Source of the DNA: Dicyema japonicum
Lineage: Eukaryota > Animalia > Dicyemida
Direction of reading: 5' to 3'
DNA length: 64,000 bases
Assembly (NCBI GenBank): GCA_011109175.1
Contig: RDEW01000044.1
Span: forward strand, 9,402-73,401
Each line of letters starts with the position of its first letter. The stretch's first letter is position 1. Under the pieces are notes generated by a model that ran no database searches, was not told the DNA's origin, and saw only the letters and a list, made by a program, of their open reading frames with translations. The position numbers and the translations under genes were made by a program. Shown piece by piece: positions 1 through 13,217 of this stretch.

Positions 1-217
1 TTATAAATTTCGGTGTCCAAATATTTTTGAACGTAGGGGTCATTAGACATCTCTCTAAATTTCTCCAATTCTGATAAAGCTTGCTCCATTAGAAAAGCGT
101 GACAGAAAATTCTAGAAGTAATTTAAAATTTATTTTTTTAATTATAATAAATTAATTTTTAATAAAATTTATTAGATAATAAATGTTGGACTTTTTTGTA
201 TTTGTGTTATTATTAAA

Positions 218-660
218 AAGCACTCCCGAGAAAACATTAAATTAGTTAAGTTTCCCTTGTGCCGTATTATTAATCATTTTCTTTGTCAGCCTCGACCATG
301 ATGTTATGTTGTGCGCTAGTTCTTTTAAGTAGTCTTGGTCGTCCGCCATTTCCATTATAATGTTAGATGGTGCCCACACTCTTGTAACACAGTGAATCAG
401 GTCTTGATAGACTGCAAATCCGATACCATAATGTCGACAGGCTGATGAGAGGGTAAAAAGTGGAATTTTCTAAACAGTTCTGTAAATTGTACGGTCGTTT
501 TTGTCTNTTGTAGACAGCAGAGAAAGTCGTCGTATTTTGTTAGATCGCATGCCAGTTGGTGTTTCCTGTAAGGTTGTTTAAGTGAACAGAAAAGTCGGTA
601 AATAAAAAAGCAATTAAAAGATCCAGAGTGAACGGAAAAGTCGGTAAAGAATACGAACAA
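218..660 (-). mobile_element. RTE-like LINE 3' remnant
   Basis: 3' UTR 'cactcccgagaaaac..ttcccttgtg' and adjacent sequence match the RTE-like copy at 32826-33500. Confidence 0.7.
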
Positions 661-3084
661 GACATTGTGCAGTAGAGGCCTCTCACCACCTCAACCGAAT
701 TTTTTTTTAAAAAATTAAAAAATTCTATTCTTTAGTGGAAAAGCTAATATTGTAATTATTTTTTTCAATCACTGTTTTTAAATTAAATTATTTATTATAA
801 TTTGAAATTGATTAATTCGCCGCGTGTTCCCACGTGGGTACCTGATTTAAAATTTCTCTCTCTATCTTCTGGTGGCGTCATTAGATTTACCCCACACAAG
901 AGATCCCTAATACTTGGCCTAAGTTCAAAAAGATCAATCTATTCATTTCACTGTGAGACAATTTTACACGCTGGAGATTAGTTCTGAAATCGATCTCATC
1001 TCCCCGGACAACGTCCTATGTATCACTGTGCTGGCTGAGAATTCTGCTTGAACTCCTTGGGATCAAGGAATTTTTTAGTTTGGTTTTACCCTTGGTCTTT
1101 GGAATAATTTAATAAATTTAATGCCGTTAAAATTTGCTAAAACATTTATTTAGATGGTTTAAATAAAATACTGGATCTTCCTATTACAAAATAAGATGCC
1201 ATCACCTTACTCCATGAAGTAAATATATTTCCGTCATCTCTAATCTGTCGAAAAAGAGGGTAATGNGATGGTTTAAATAAAATACTGGATCTTCCTATTA
1301 CAAAATAAGATGCCATCACCTTACTCCATGAAGTAAATATATTTCCGTCATCTCTAATCTGTCGAAAAAAAGGGTAATGTTTATAACTCTAAGAGCTTTG
1401 TAAACGCTCAAAAACTGTGTAAATCACAATGGTAGAACTACACTTATTGTGCTGCCACATGATTGAAAATGAAAACATACCCTTCCCTGATGTCATGCAA
1501 TTTATAATATTATAATTTATAAGGAGAAAACAAATCAGTTGTGATGCTTTCGCTTTCATAGAGATCGTAGATGCCATTGCTTTGTTTCTGCTACCAATGC
1601 TTGGATAAAACGACCACTATTGCGATGATTTTTTAAAAAAATATAATAAAATTTTAAAATAGTGATAGAAAAAAATAAAAATAAATATTATATTTTCCAC
1701 TAAAAAATAGATTTTTTAATAAAACCCAAATTGCTAAAGGGATCGAAAAGTCGAATAATTAGAATAAAAATTTCGGAGGAGAGACATCTATGGAATAAAA
1801 CGGGGGATGTTTCCGTGGTCAACTCATGCAGTGATAACTATCTAAATTTATAGATCACGGTATTCATCAACCTTTTTTCAGTTTTTGGCAAAATCTTCAG
1901 ATCCTCCAGAAATTAAAGTTTTAAATTGTCCGCTGCTTGAAAAGTATCAATTAGTCAAGTGGCATTTACGGGAGACACCTTCATCAAAGTGAGATTTTTT
2001 TAAACAAATATTCTGAAGCGAACTAGAAATTTGATAACAAGAAAGTCTAATTGGAAAAGGAATAAATTACCGAGACCATAAGATCGAGGATCTAAGAGGG
2101 ATCTACTAGAGGTATGTGCTCTCTTAATACTACAATGAGTTTACAAGTACTTCCACATTATTGTGATCAGCCATACCTATAAGATTACTACAATAAACAT
2201 CTAAACGAGAGCTATAATACTTATAGCCCCACTTGTGCAGTAGAATTCTCAGTTTTAGTTTCAATCATTATTATTGACCCAAGAACACCAATAGTTAATT
2301 TAATTACTAAATTAAATTAAGTGATCTCGAAGGCCTCAATCAGATTGCTCATTTTCTCCTAATGTCCCTTCTAGGACCCAACACAACTTCTTAGTTGGCG
2401 GGGTGGTTTCGGGAATAGTTATTGGAGAGTGGTGATGTATACCCTTCTCTTAAGACACGTCGTGAGAGTATATTGATGAGAGTTGCACTGCCTGCACAGG
2501 GTGGCAAATCCCTTTCCATTTTTTTCGGATAAGGTTTTCAAGTGATGAGAGTATTAGCTTTTTCTAGTTTCCCGAGATTACTAATAGTAGTGGCTGTTAA
2601 GGCCTGAATGTCCCGGATTCTTTGTTTGTTCGTCCAGGACAGATTGATCTATTAATGAATCAATTGGCAAGCGATCTCAATAAGTCTACGTCATTATAAA
2701 TTTAAACTTTAATTTTCAACGTTTACGGGTTATTACGGTACAACAGGGTTAGTAGAGTCTTTTGTAGACAACTAGTAAAAAATCATATCTCTTGGGGTAA
2801 TCGCAAATGTAAGAAGCTTAGACGACAAATGTCTGCTCGTATCATCTGCTTTCTATTCATTTACCACAATTGTCAACCAATCAAAGAACAAGGGATATTG
2901 CAATCTCACCAAAACGCCAAGATTACGAAGAGTGGAACATTAACCTATTATAGAATTCGAGTTTCTTTCCAAATTTCGTTGATATGAGAGCATGTACTAT
3001 TTATAGTTCTATTTATGTCAAGGAACAAGGGATATTGCAATCTCACCAAAACGCCAAGATTACGAAGAGTGGAACATTAACCTA

Positions 3085-3900
3085 TTATAGAATTCGAGTT
3101 TCTTTCCAAATTTCGTTGATATGAGAGCATGTTCTATTTATGTCTTCGAAAAGGAAATTTCTAATTTTAATTCTTTCTTCTTTCCCCTCTCTTTGAACAG
3201 TTGCAATGGGAATAGTTGGTTCAGTTTCCTTACTCTCTGTAACCCAAAACCCGAAAATATCAAAAAACTGACAATTCTGCTGAAAAAGTGTTCGGAGTGA
3301 TATTTCATCATTAGGATTACCAATGAAACACAACTTCACTTATCAGGGACATACTGGTATCCAAGTTAATATCATCATATTAGTACGTCTTCCGGTAGAT
3401 GATCCTTCGAAGTACCTTTGAAATTAATAGGTGGTATTCATACTTTTTTGTTATTTTACCTACACGATAATAAAATCGTGGTAAATAATTTAATTTAAAA
3501 ATATTTTTTAATTTAATTTGNAAAGGAAATTTCTAATTTTAATTATTTCTTCTTTCCCCTCTCTTTGAACAGTTGCAATGGGAATAGTTGGTTCAGTTTC
3601 TTCACTCTCTGTAACCCAAAACCCGTAAATATCAAAAAACTGACAATTCTGCTGAAAAAGTGTTCGAAGTGATATTTCATCATTAGGATTATCAATGAAA
3701 CACAACTTCACTTATCAGGGACATACTGGTATCCAAGTTAATATCATCATATTCGTACGTCTTCCGGTAGATGATCCTTCCAAGTACCTTTGAAATTAAT
3801 AGGTGGCATTCATACTTTTTTGTTATTTTACCTACACGGTAGTGAAATCGCGGAAAATTATTTAATTTAAAAATATTTTTCACTTTAATTTTTTATTTAT
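3085..3900 (-). repeat. Tandem duplication (~380 bp) around a single N, carrying an unidentified ORF (MKLCFIGNPNDEISLRTLFQQ...)
   Basis: ORFs 3085-3339 and 3508-3711 are near-identical; N at 3521. No family recognised. Confidence 0.6.
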
Positions 3901-3993
3901 TTAATTTAAAAAAAATTAGACAATTTTTTTCAATAACAGATGTTGTTAACTTGAAAAATAAAATGATAAAGTAATCGATTTCATAATATACGA

Positions 3994-4726
3994 ATGACTA
4001 GTAACTCTATGATTGCATTCATTTATTCCGATTGCGCTTTAATTGCCTCTGATTGTGTTAAGGATAATGATATTCCTATGCGTGACTCTTAGTAATTTAC
4101 ATATAGCTGGCGATAACTTTTGCTACAGAATATTTCAAATCACCGATTTTATAGCAGTTGGGATATCAGGGGTAGAAATCGGAATTATAAACTTATACTA
4201 TGAGTCATTCAACATAATATAGTTTCTGTCATCATTAACAGATAGTGAACATTATTATAAGGAATCTCATGTTTCTTTTTCGTTATCATATTTTTCCGGT
4301 AAACTCGCTGCTTATATGAAAAGTCATCGATATCCGACGGTTTGACGTTAATCTATTTTAGGAAGCTATAGTCATTGGCCTTGATAAGGATATGAAGGTT
4401 AATCTGATGAAAATAGACACTAAGGGAAATTTGGCTGTGAAAGATATAGCTTGCATTGGAGCTAGATCAGCAGAGGTTCAGAGAATTTTAACTGAATAGT
4501 ATTTATGTTCTCATTGCTTTTAGTGTTATAGGTTACCATCCTGAAAATACTGATCTTGCTGTTCTAATCTCCTTTAATCTTTTATTTAATGAATCAACGT
4601 TTAAACGCTTTGGGGTTTTCACCAAGAGTATTAGCGTATATTTTTTTAGTGTGGATTATTGGTCCTTCTATGGAAAAGGGATGTTTCATAACTATTAACA
4701 GAGATAGAAAAATCCAATTTGTTTAA
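3994..4726 (+). CDS. Highly divergent proteasome-subunit-like (Ntn fold, beta3-like by eye) protein, 204 aa, 6 exons; paralog A
   Basis: GT-AG introns 4082-4106, 4222-4245, 4340-4361, 4499-4523 and 4628-4649 (22-25 nt) give an intact 615-nt frame: MTSNSMIAFIYSDCALIASD..RIFQITDFIAVGISG..YPTEAIVIGLDKDMKVNLMKIDTKG..CIGARS. This follows the proteasome pattern (NCVAIAAD / KIF..GLAG / TEPVIAGLD). Confidence 0.75.
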
Positions 4727-6599
4727 ATTATTTAAAATTTAATTTATTAAAATATTTCTTTTTATTTATTTCAAATTCGTCTTATATTGTGGTGTTGTGG
4801 CTTTATGTTACCTGAAAAGATCAGAATGGCTTCCATCAAGTTTGATAGGAGAGACCAGAAGGGCATTCGTCCATGAAGGACAATATTTTTGAATTGTTAA
4901 AAAATCAAAGATTTTAATAGGACGACTTTACTAAGAATTATTGAAAATATACTATAATTACAATGTCTCTGACAATTAAGCTGTTGTCCTAAGAAATGAC
5001 CCAAAAAACTGGAAACTGAGTCGAAATCCACATATGACTTGGTCTTAGTGACACTAAACAATGCAACTATAAGTCATATGCACGTAATAGGTCGATGAGA
5101 GGCTCAATCCATGAAACTTTTGAAATTTAGTTTTTTAATTGTAGCTTTGTACTAAGAATTCTAGTTCTGTTCAATTTATTATACTGAACAACATATGCTT
5201 CCTTGTTTTTAAAAATATTTGCGAGTTAGTAACCCTACTAATATCTCTCTGTTTCTTCTAAAGGTATAATGACCAAGTTCTTCCAAATTTTGTGTAAATA
5301 TGATTCAAAGTGGGAACACAGTATATCCGACGCTTAATGTCTCAAAACTTCTTAGATCAAACGTCTTCTTAGTTCATTACTTCCATTACTTGCAAGATGG
5401 GTTAAATTTGAGACCTCATCCTGAAATCACCGCATCAACCATCCGAAAGCTTGGTTTTATCTTAAATATTTAAAAACGATTGGATGATTCTGTTCACTAG
5501 CCTCTTCCACTCCTTAGGAATCTCAAATCAGCATTGAGAACATCACAAACATCATAGTTGACGTTTACAGAATCTTCCCTGATGCTTATGTAGTCTTCAG
5601 TGATGGCATCTTTCTGTGTGCAGACGGTTGAAGACAAACCTGTTCGCCAGGTCCCAATATTTTCTCCTTTCAATAACCTCGACTCTAGAAGATTTAAAAT
5701 CCACACGTGCTAAAGTTAGGCATATTTGTAATAGGATATATCCATAAAGGGAGTTCATAGTGACGATCAAGTGGATTACTGCAAACCAGGGGTACCCAAA
5801 CTTTTTCATCCAGCGCCCCCTTTGCATAATCAAAAACAATATTTTCCCCAAGCAAGTAATATGAATTTATTTCCAAGAATTATTGACGCAGCAAGTTGCA
5901 AATAAATTCTATATTTTTCAATATTAAACATAAACTATTCTCCACATGCGATATCTCAAATGAACTTATATTCTGAGAAGGTTGCTACATTTCTGATATC
6001 AATACTTCTAGAATTGATGGAATAAGTTATTCACCAATTGTGTGAGGCTCCCCAATGATTAAAGTGATTTTATGAAAACAAAATTTTTTGAAAATATTGT
6101 CTCTAACCTGCGTTGACCGTTTTGTTTTTTCTTTAGTTTTTGGTCCGCTAAATTTATAAAATATAAAAACCGTTTGTATATTCTTTTTCAATCTGGAAAG
6201 TTTCATAACATTGTTTAAAATTATTCCAAAGACCAGAATAACCAAACTAACCAACTCCTTGATCCTTCGAACGTTCCAGAACTTGTCTCCAGGAAACAAC
6301 ATTGTACCCATGGGAAAGAATAGTTGCATCCTCTTGATGCCGGCCAAGAATTGGGCGTCTCCTAAGAAAGGTGGACCCAATGATGCGATCGGAGGAAAGG
6401 AAAATAATATTTGACCAACTAACCACATATCACCACATGGCGTCACGCGCCTCGTTTGAAAACAACTTTGGGCATATAGAGAAAAAAAGTTTTTTTACAA
6501 AATATATTTTTTAATTTTTTATAAATCGTGAAAAAAATTAAAAAATATTATTACAATATCCAATTATACTTTTAAGAAATGGCCAGTCCTTGACATTAT

Positions 6600-7090
6600 A
6601 ACATAAACTCGATTATACAACTCGCTAGTGAAACTTATACTACTATGTAACGCTGGTACCTGGGCATGCTCAAGAAATAAATTAAGGATGCTTATTGCAT
6701 TTCATAGAGACCAACTACGGCAGATGATGTTCAAAAGAAGTTATGCGAGGATGTTATCTAATCTTCTCTATAAAAGGACGAGGACCTCTGAAATTTTAAA
6801 TGAAATTCTGGATACACGATAGAGGCTTTTCGGCCATATTCTGCGACTAAACCTAGATTTCCCCGCGAGCGTAGCCATGGAGGATTATTTCATGTTTGAA
6901 GCCCCCCGTTTCCATGGTCGCCCAAGGACGACACTGCCAGTCGTTCTCGACGAGGACTTCAAAGAAATGGGACGGCATCTTGGAAGTTGAAAGGATCTGA
7001 CTGGTTACGTACTGCGGCTTTGAATAAGAGGAAGTGATTGAAATTAACTATGAATTGCTAACTCGTGTTGCACATGCTTTGTCAAGTCCT
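6600..7090 (+). mobile_element. RTE-like LINE C-terminal remnant
   Basis: Translates to AFHRDQLR..RLFGHILRL..FHGRPRTTLPVVLDEDF; same family as 11.6 kb and 33 kb. Confidence 0.75.
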
Positions 7091-8559
7091 ATGTCATAGC
7101 GATAAGTGCAAATAATAATAAATGGCCTGTTTTCTGTCGTCAGGAAGACATGATGATTGTCCAATTTCTTACAAATACGCACGTAAATTCACTTGGTGAC
7201 CACAACGTAAGCGCGTCAAGTGGACACTAATTTTTTTTGAATTAATGAATCACAATAATTCATTAAAGCTTTCGCTTCCGAGGTTAAATGGAGAAATATG
7301 TCCACCCTCGCCATTCCAATTCCTTACAAATACGCACGTAAATTCACTTGGTGACCACAACGTAAGCGCGTCAAGTGGACACTAATTTTTTTTGAATTAA
7401 TGAATCACAATAATTCATTAAAGCTTTCGCTTCCGAAGTTAAATGGAGAAATATATTCACCCTCGCCATTTTCATCACACATTCCTCCGTTGGAGAAATC
7501 ACTTCATTCATTGGCGGAAGACCTTTCACTGTGAAAATTTTCACCTAACTGATTGTCGTTTAGAGAAGCTTAATGTTTATTTGTCTAAAAGCTTATTGAC
7601 CAGCAAGAAAAAAGCTGTTAGGAATAGTGTTTTTGGTGATATATACAAGTCCTATAAATTTGTTAAAACGAGCTAATGCGAGCTAATAGGTGTTTGCTGT
7701 GAATGGCGGAAACACAAATACGAGTGGCGGGTAACGTAAAATAAAATTAACCACATCATTTAGGGATTAGAAATGTGGTATGTGTCGTAGNAAATTTGTT
7801 AAAACGAGCTAATGCGAGCTAATAGGTGTTTGATGTGAATGGCGGAAACACTTGTAGGATTACAAATACAAGTGGCGGGTAACGTAAAATAAAATTAACC
7901 ACATCATTTAGGGATTAGAAATGTGGTATGTCTCGTAGTTGTGCGCCTGTAATAATTTACAAATTGGAGCTTGTGTCCGATCGCAACTTAGCGTTTTATC
8001 AGGTTATTCTTGTGTCCATATGTATTCAAAATTAATTTACATGTCAGAAGAAATGGGAGAAACTTTGACTTCCTCTACGTTAATAACAAGTTTCATTACC
8101 TCCAAAAATGCACACTCGTATTTCAGATGTAAGTGTTCAACCAGACAGTTTCGTTTGTGTATGTAGTTCGTACGAATAAGCATAAGATTTTCGAATTGAG
8201 TGTCGTAGAGAAAATACGAGTCTTTTTTTTTTATTCAGGGATTTTTAATGNCAAAGTTAATTTACATGTAGGAAGAAATGGGAGAAACTTTGACTTCCTC
8301 TACGTTAATAACAAGTTTCATTACCTCCAAAAATGCACACTCGTATTTCAGATGTAAGTGTTCAACCAGACAGTTTCGTTTGTGTATGTAGTTCGTACGA
8401 ATAAGCATAAGATTTTCGAATTGAGTGGCGTAGAGAAAATACGAGTCTTCTTTTTTTATTCAGGGATTTTTAATGAATTTATTACCATGGTAAATGACAA
8501 TATGTGGGATTGTAATTTTAGCTTGAAGCTCTTGTAGGAAAATAAAAAGATAAAGAGCC

Positions 8560-8990
8560 AATAGTCTTCCAAAATTATTGAGAGTCATATCTTCGTGTCC
8601 TTATCTAAGAAGAGACATTTTATTGCAAATCAGCAACAAAGCCGGTCCGCATTCGAATATTTTTTGAATTATGCAAACACGACACATAGAAAAAGTGTTT
8701 TTTAAAGAACAAATCTGACGCTTCAAGATGGAGAAACAACGATACTGCAGGGCTAAGTAGAGATGATCTTTTCTGGATTTGGGTGGAATTTAAACGTTAA
8801 GGGAGGAAAACATCTCGATGATGAAAATGATGGTTCAGTGAATCTGTCTTATTATCCCATTCACAGGGAAAAAACACAACTTGACACGGATTTGGTGGAA
8901 AGCTTAACAGTGTTAGTTTTTATGTTCCCAACATTAATCCCTTAGGTATGACCGGCAGCTAGATATAGGTAATTTCATACGTTTCTGATA
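8560..8990 (+). mobile_element. Possible Tc1/IS630-like transposase remnant
   Basis: Weak, frameshifted resemblance to the C-terminal 'SPDLNPIE' region. Confidence 0.25.
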
Positions 8991-9776
8991 ACCGTTAAGA
9001 GGCCACCATCAATCCCTTAACCAGTTTTTGCAGATTACAAAATAACTTTTTACTAAGGTAACATTACAGGATTAAAAAAAATTTACACGCTCTTTCCTAT
9101 CAAACAACTACAGAAAGTGATCCGATGGCCTCATGTGATCCAAGTGTTTCCAGTAACACGATGAAATGAGAAAAAAAATCGTCGTTTTCTTATCTCTATT
9201 CAAGGAGTTCACATAATTAACGACTGAATGTTTTCTTCACTATTTGCTGATATAGATTGACTTTTGTGACATTGGAAAATCTCTTTATTTCTTAGAGAGA
9301 AAGTTAAAATATAAATTTTTAATAGAAATACAATTTATCAGGCTCCACCATCCAAGAGACAGTTTTATTGTCACAGACGATTGCAAGGCGTTGTGAGAGC
9401 TTCTTTCACTTGGGTTTCTGTCTCGTGTCGCGATTATATTTTCGAATTTATTGATAATTCTTGTATCTATTCTCTTAAGGAAACACTTGATGAAAATCGC
9501 ATCCCACGTTTTCTAATACTGTTTCTTCTAGAAATGTCCTTTAATAGGTCTCTCTTACAGATCCGGGTTTTGGATATGGCCTAGTTAACTTCTCTCTGGG
9601 TTTACACGAAGAAAATTAATGTGAAAGTTCAAAAAGACATACAACTTTTTCGGTCCTCGCTTGAGGGATCGGATTTATTCGTAAAGATTATTTCATCAGC
9701 CCCGACTGTTATAGGAAATGACGTTGATCATGAAGTTACTACTCATTTCTATATAAATTCCCTGCTTAACATAATA

Positions 9777-9968
9777 TGTCACGAGCCTAGGGTGTTACCG
9801 AGCCTAGGTGGTTTCTTCAAATAGACACTAATTCCCTATGCTGTTTTTATTTAATAAAAAAATTTAATTTCCTTTATTTATCTCAAACAATAAATTAATT
9901 TTCAATCTTTATCGAAAAATAACCTAAGTTTAACCACCTAGGCTCGGTAACATCCTAGGCTCGTGACA
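9777..9968. mobile_element. MITE with 37-bp TIRs, TGT...ACA ends
   Basis: Left end tgtcacgagcctagggtgttaccgagcctaggtggtt; the reverse complement of the right end is identical except for 1 nt. AT-rich non-coding interior. Confidence 0.85.
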
Positions 9969-10151
9969 AAATAACCAATGGTTGTGACGAAATTAGTAAA
10001 GTATGTTTAAAAAGCCAATAAGTATTGTTCCATAGGATAGTCATATATGATGATAAGAAATACACTAACATTCAAGATGGTCTCTAGATTTACAAATTTG
10101 TTGACTCTTTCATTAAAGAACTTTCGAAGACGATAGTAATCAAAAGAAAAA

Positions 10152-10223
10152 TGCATCAGCCGGGAATCGAACCCGGATCACAAGGTTGGAAGCCTTGCAT
10201 AATAACCATTATACAACTGATGC
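10152..10223 (-). tRNA. tRNA-Gly-TCC: tRNA-Gly(TCC)
   Basis: GCATCAG/CTGATGC acceptor stem, CAAGG-CTTCCAA-CCTTG anticodon arm, CCGGG-TTCGATT-CCCGG T arm, followed by a T-run terminator. Confidence 0.95.
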
Positions 10224-11569
10224 ATTTTTTATTCATAACTATATAAAACAATAAATTTAAATTTCATAAATAATAAAATATTTTCAATATTAAAATATGT
10301 CTGCTATTTGATAGCTCTTATTTGTGCAAAATTATCCAGAAAAAATTCTTTTAGTTTATTCCTCTTTCGCACGGTTTTGTGAACTTTCCAGAGATGGTTA
10401 GACTGGGATTTCAAAACTTGCAGGATTTTTGTTGCATATATTTTATGTTTTTGTAGCTTCCCTTGTCCGTGATGTTCCCATTTTTATATCAAAAAAGTAG
10501 AAGGATTTGTTAGCTTCACATTTATTAATCGCTAGTAATCGTTATGATGAATTATCTTGTATTTGTCAGGTTTTCTGAACTCTCATAGATATTTTAATCA
10601 CCTGATCTGAGTTTGCTATGGAATATATCATCTTTAGATCGACTTTTTCACGTTTCTGACTATTTTACTTTGAGTTATAATTTGACTCTTAGTAGCGTCT
10701 GAAAATATCATAAGTGACAACGAAAGAACAAATGCGATATTTTAAATAATTTATTTTTATTTTTAAAATTATTATTTATGTCTCGATTTATAATTGTTTT
10801 CCTAATTTAAACATAAATAAATAACACGACGTTCTCGATTCCAGGTTTCCAATCTAAAAGGATGTCACTTCTCAGACGGCCCTTTATTGGCCTTACTAAT
10901 CTATTCTGATACCTTATCAGAAGGACGACATCGATGTATGTTTTCACTAGAGACAAAGCAATCACTTTTACATTCCTCTGCAACACCACTGTCAGATCAA
11001 CTACTAGGAATAATTACTCGAGTAGGAATAAAGGACATGACGACTTCCTAGTTGCTACAATCTCTCTTCCTCTGCGGAATAAAATCTCTCATTACTAATG
11101 AACATAAGAGATGCACATAACCCCTCAGTATAAAGGATTTTGTATTTTCTTGAAGGACTTGCAAAATTATCAAGACATGTTGAGTGGATATACAAATGCA
11201 AAAAATCAAACCTAGTTGANGTATGTTGTCACTAGAGACAAAGCAATCACTTTTACATTCCTCTGCAACACCACTGTCAGATCAACGACTAGGAATAATG
11301 ACTCGAGTAGGAATAAAGGAGATGACGACCCTTTAGTTGCTTCAATCTCTCTTCCTCTGCGGAATAAAATCTCTCATTACTAATGAACATAAGAGATGCA
11401 CATAACCCCTGAGTATAAAGGATTTTGTATTTTCTTGAAGGACTTGCAAAATTATCAAGACATGTTGAGTGGATATACAAATGCGAAAAATCCAACCTAG
11501 TTAAAAAATAAAATGGCCGTCACTAGAAGAATCCTTATATTGGTATCCTGGAACCTGTAATCCTCAACA

Positions 11570-12400
11570 ATACACGTGGACACTGTATAGCATGGGTTCA
11601 AGATTGGTAGATGGATGGAGACATTCCAGAAAGCTCGGCTCCCTCCTCGGGGATGGTGAGGACATATCCCAGAGGAAAGTACTATCGACGGTCGCACTGA
11701 ACAGGATAAAGACGGATTGGTTGGCTGACAGACAAGTAACGATCGCGCTTCGTTTGCGCATCTATAATGCTTTCGTGAAACCGGTCCTGCTATGTATCTC
11801 TTCCTGCTGGGGAATCTCGGTCTCAGAAGCCAAAAATCTTAACTCCTTCCACCGAAGGCAATTACGAATACTTTGTGGGCTACAATGGGCGACACGGATC
11901 AATAATGAGGCACTGTACCGAAAGTGCTCAACGCGACCTGTGATNATATATCTCTTCCTGCTGGGGAATCTCGGTCTCAGAAGCCAAAAATCTTAACTCC
12001 TTCCACCGAAGGCAATTACAAATACTGTGTGGGTTACAATGGCCGACACGGATCAACAATGAGGCACTGTACCGAAAGTGCTCAACGCGACCTGTGACAT
12101 GAGATGTGGTAGAGGCCCGATGGAGAATGTTTGGACACGTCCTACGGATGGGTCCCACATCACCTGCAAATTTGGCTATGGAGGAATATTTCGCTGCAAG
12201 TGGAAGTAAATATCGTAGACGCCCGTGTACTACGCTACCGGGGGTGCTGGATGAGGATCTTAAGGAAATCAACCGGAGGCTCGTAATTGGGGAGGATCTG
12301 GATTCTATGAGAAGTTTGGCATGTAACAAGAGAGGATGGACGAGATTTATCGGTAAAATCGCTTTAAGTGCCGCACGTGTGGAAACATAACAATTATGTT
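11570..12400 (+). mobile_element. RTE-like LINE 3' portion (internal duplication at N 11945)
   Basis: LRLRIYNAFVKPVLL..NSFHRRQLR..RWRMFGHVLRM..RRRPCTTLPGVLDEDL. Confidence 0.85.
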
Positions 12401-12620
12401 TCTAGGATAGTTGCCTATAATAATAATCAATACACAGTAATGTCTTGATTAAAGTGCATGAAAAAAATTCTAATGGGTCGATTATTCCTTGAAAAAAACC
12501 TATCATTTTGAATTTCAACTATCTTAATAGCGTGAAGAGTATTAACAGACAAAAAAGAACTTCAACCAATTAGCCACATAGCACCACATGCCATACTTTA
12601 TTTTTTTAAATTTATTACAT

Positions 12621-13163
12621 ACAGAAGAAGCGCCGGAAGGGGAACACGTCATGCTGCTCTGAATGATGTGATCGTCAGAGCTCTGACGGCTTCAGGCTTC
12701 CCAGCACAGTTTGAACCGATGGGTCTTGATCGAGGAGATTGGAAGAGACCTGACGGGATGACCCTTTTCCCCTTCACGTCTGGAAGATCTTTGGTCTGGG
12801 ACGCAACTTGCATAGACACGTTCTCAAGCACGAACATTTTTAAATCGGTTCAGACACCTGGAGCAGCTGCTTCGACTGCGGAAAACCTAAAAATCAAGAA
12901 ATATTCTTGCCTCGGGGATCGCTACCGATTTACTCCTGTTGCGACCGAATCATCGGGAGCCGTTGGTCCAATGACGGCTGAATTCTTGCAAGAACTCGGA
13001 GGATTGCTTGCCAGAAAGAAAAGGGATCAACGAGAAGGGTTATGGCTAAGACAAAAGATTGGAATAGCCATACTCCGAGGGAACTCGTTCGCAATCCACG
13101 CAGCAGGCTTCCTCAACTGACATTTGTTTAATTGTTAAAAAAAATTTTTGTTAAAAAAAAAAA
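12621..13163 (+). mobile_element. 5'-truncated CRE-clade non-LTR element (RLE domain) with 9-bp TSD
   Basis: RHAALNDVIVRAL..KRPDGMTLFP..WDATCIDT..AENLKIKKY..AILRGN; A-rich tail; 'ttattacat' at 12612-12620 and 13164-13172. Confidence 0.85.
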
Positions 13164-13217
13164 TTATTACATGTAAATCAAAAAATATTAAAAATTATAT
13201 TTTAGAAATATTAAAAC

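Noticed and set aside
1130-1380. Short tandem duplications, many centred on a single N (also ~3521, 7791, 8251, 11220, 11945, 56289)
   Set aside because: The near-identical overlap around a 1-bp gap is the signature of scaffolding with negative gaps, not a biological array.
5497-6446. Minus-strand ORFs of 60-139 aa, possibly a host gene
   Set aside because: I could not build a consistent spliced model or recognise a family; left unannotated.
7140-7480. Direct repeats that could look like a CRISPR array
   Set aside because: Only two long units, no short repeat with unique spacers, no cas genes, and a eukaryotic context.
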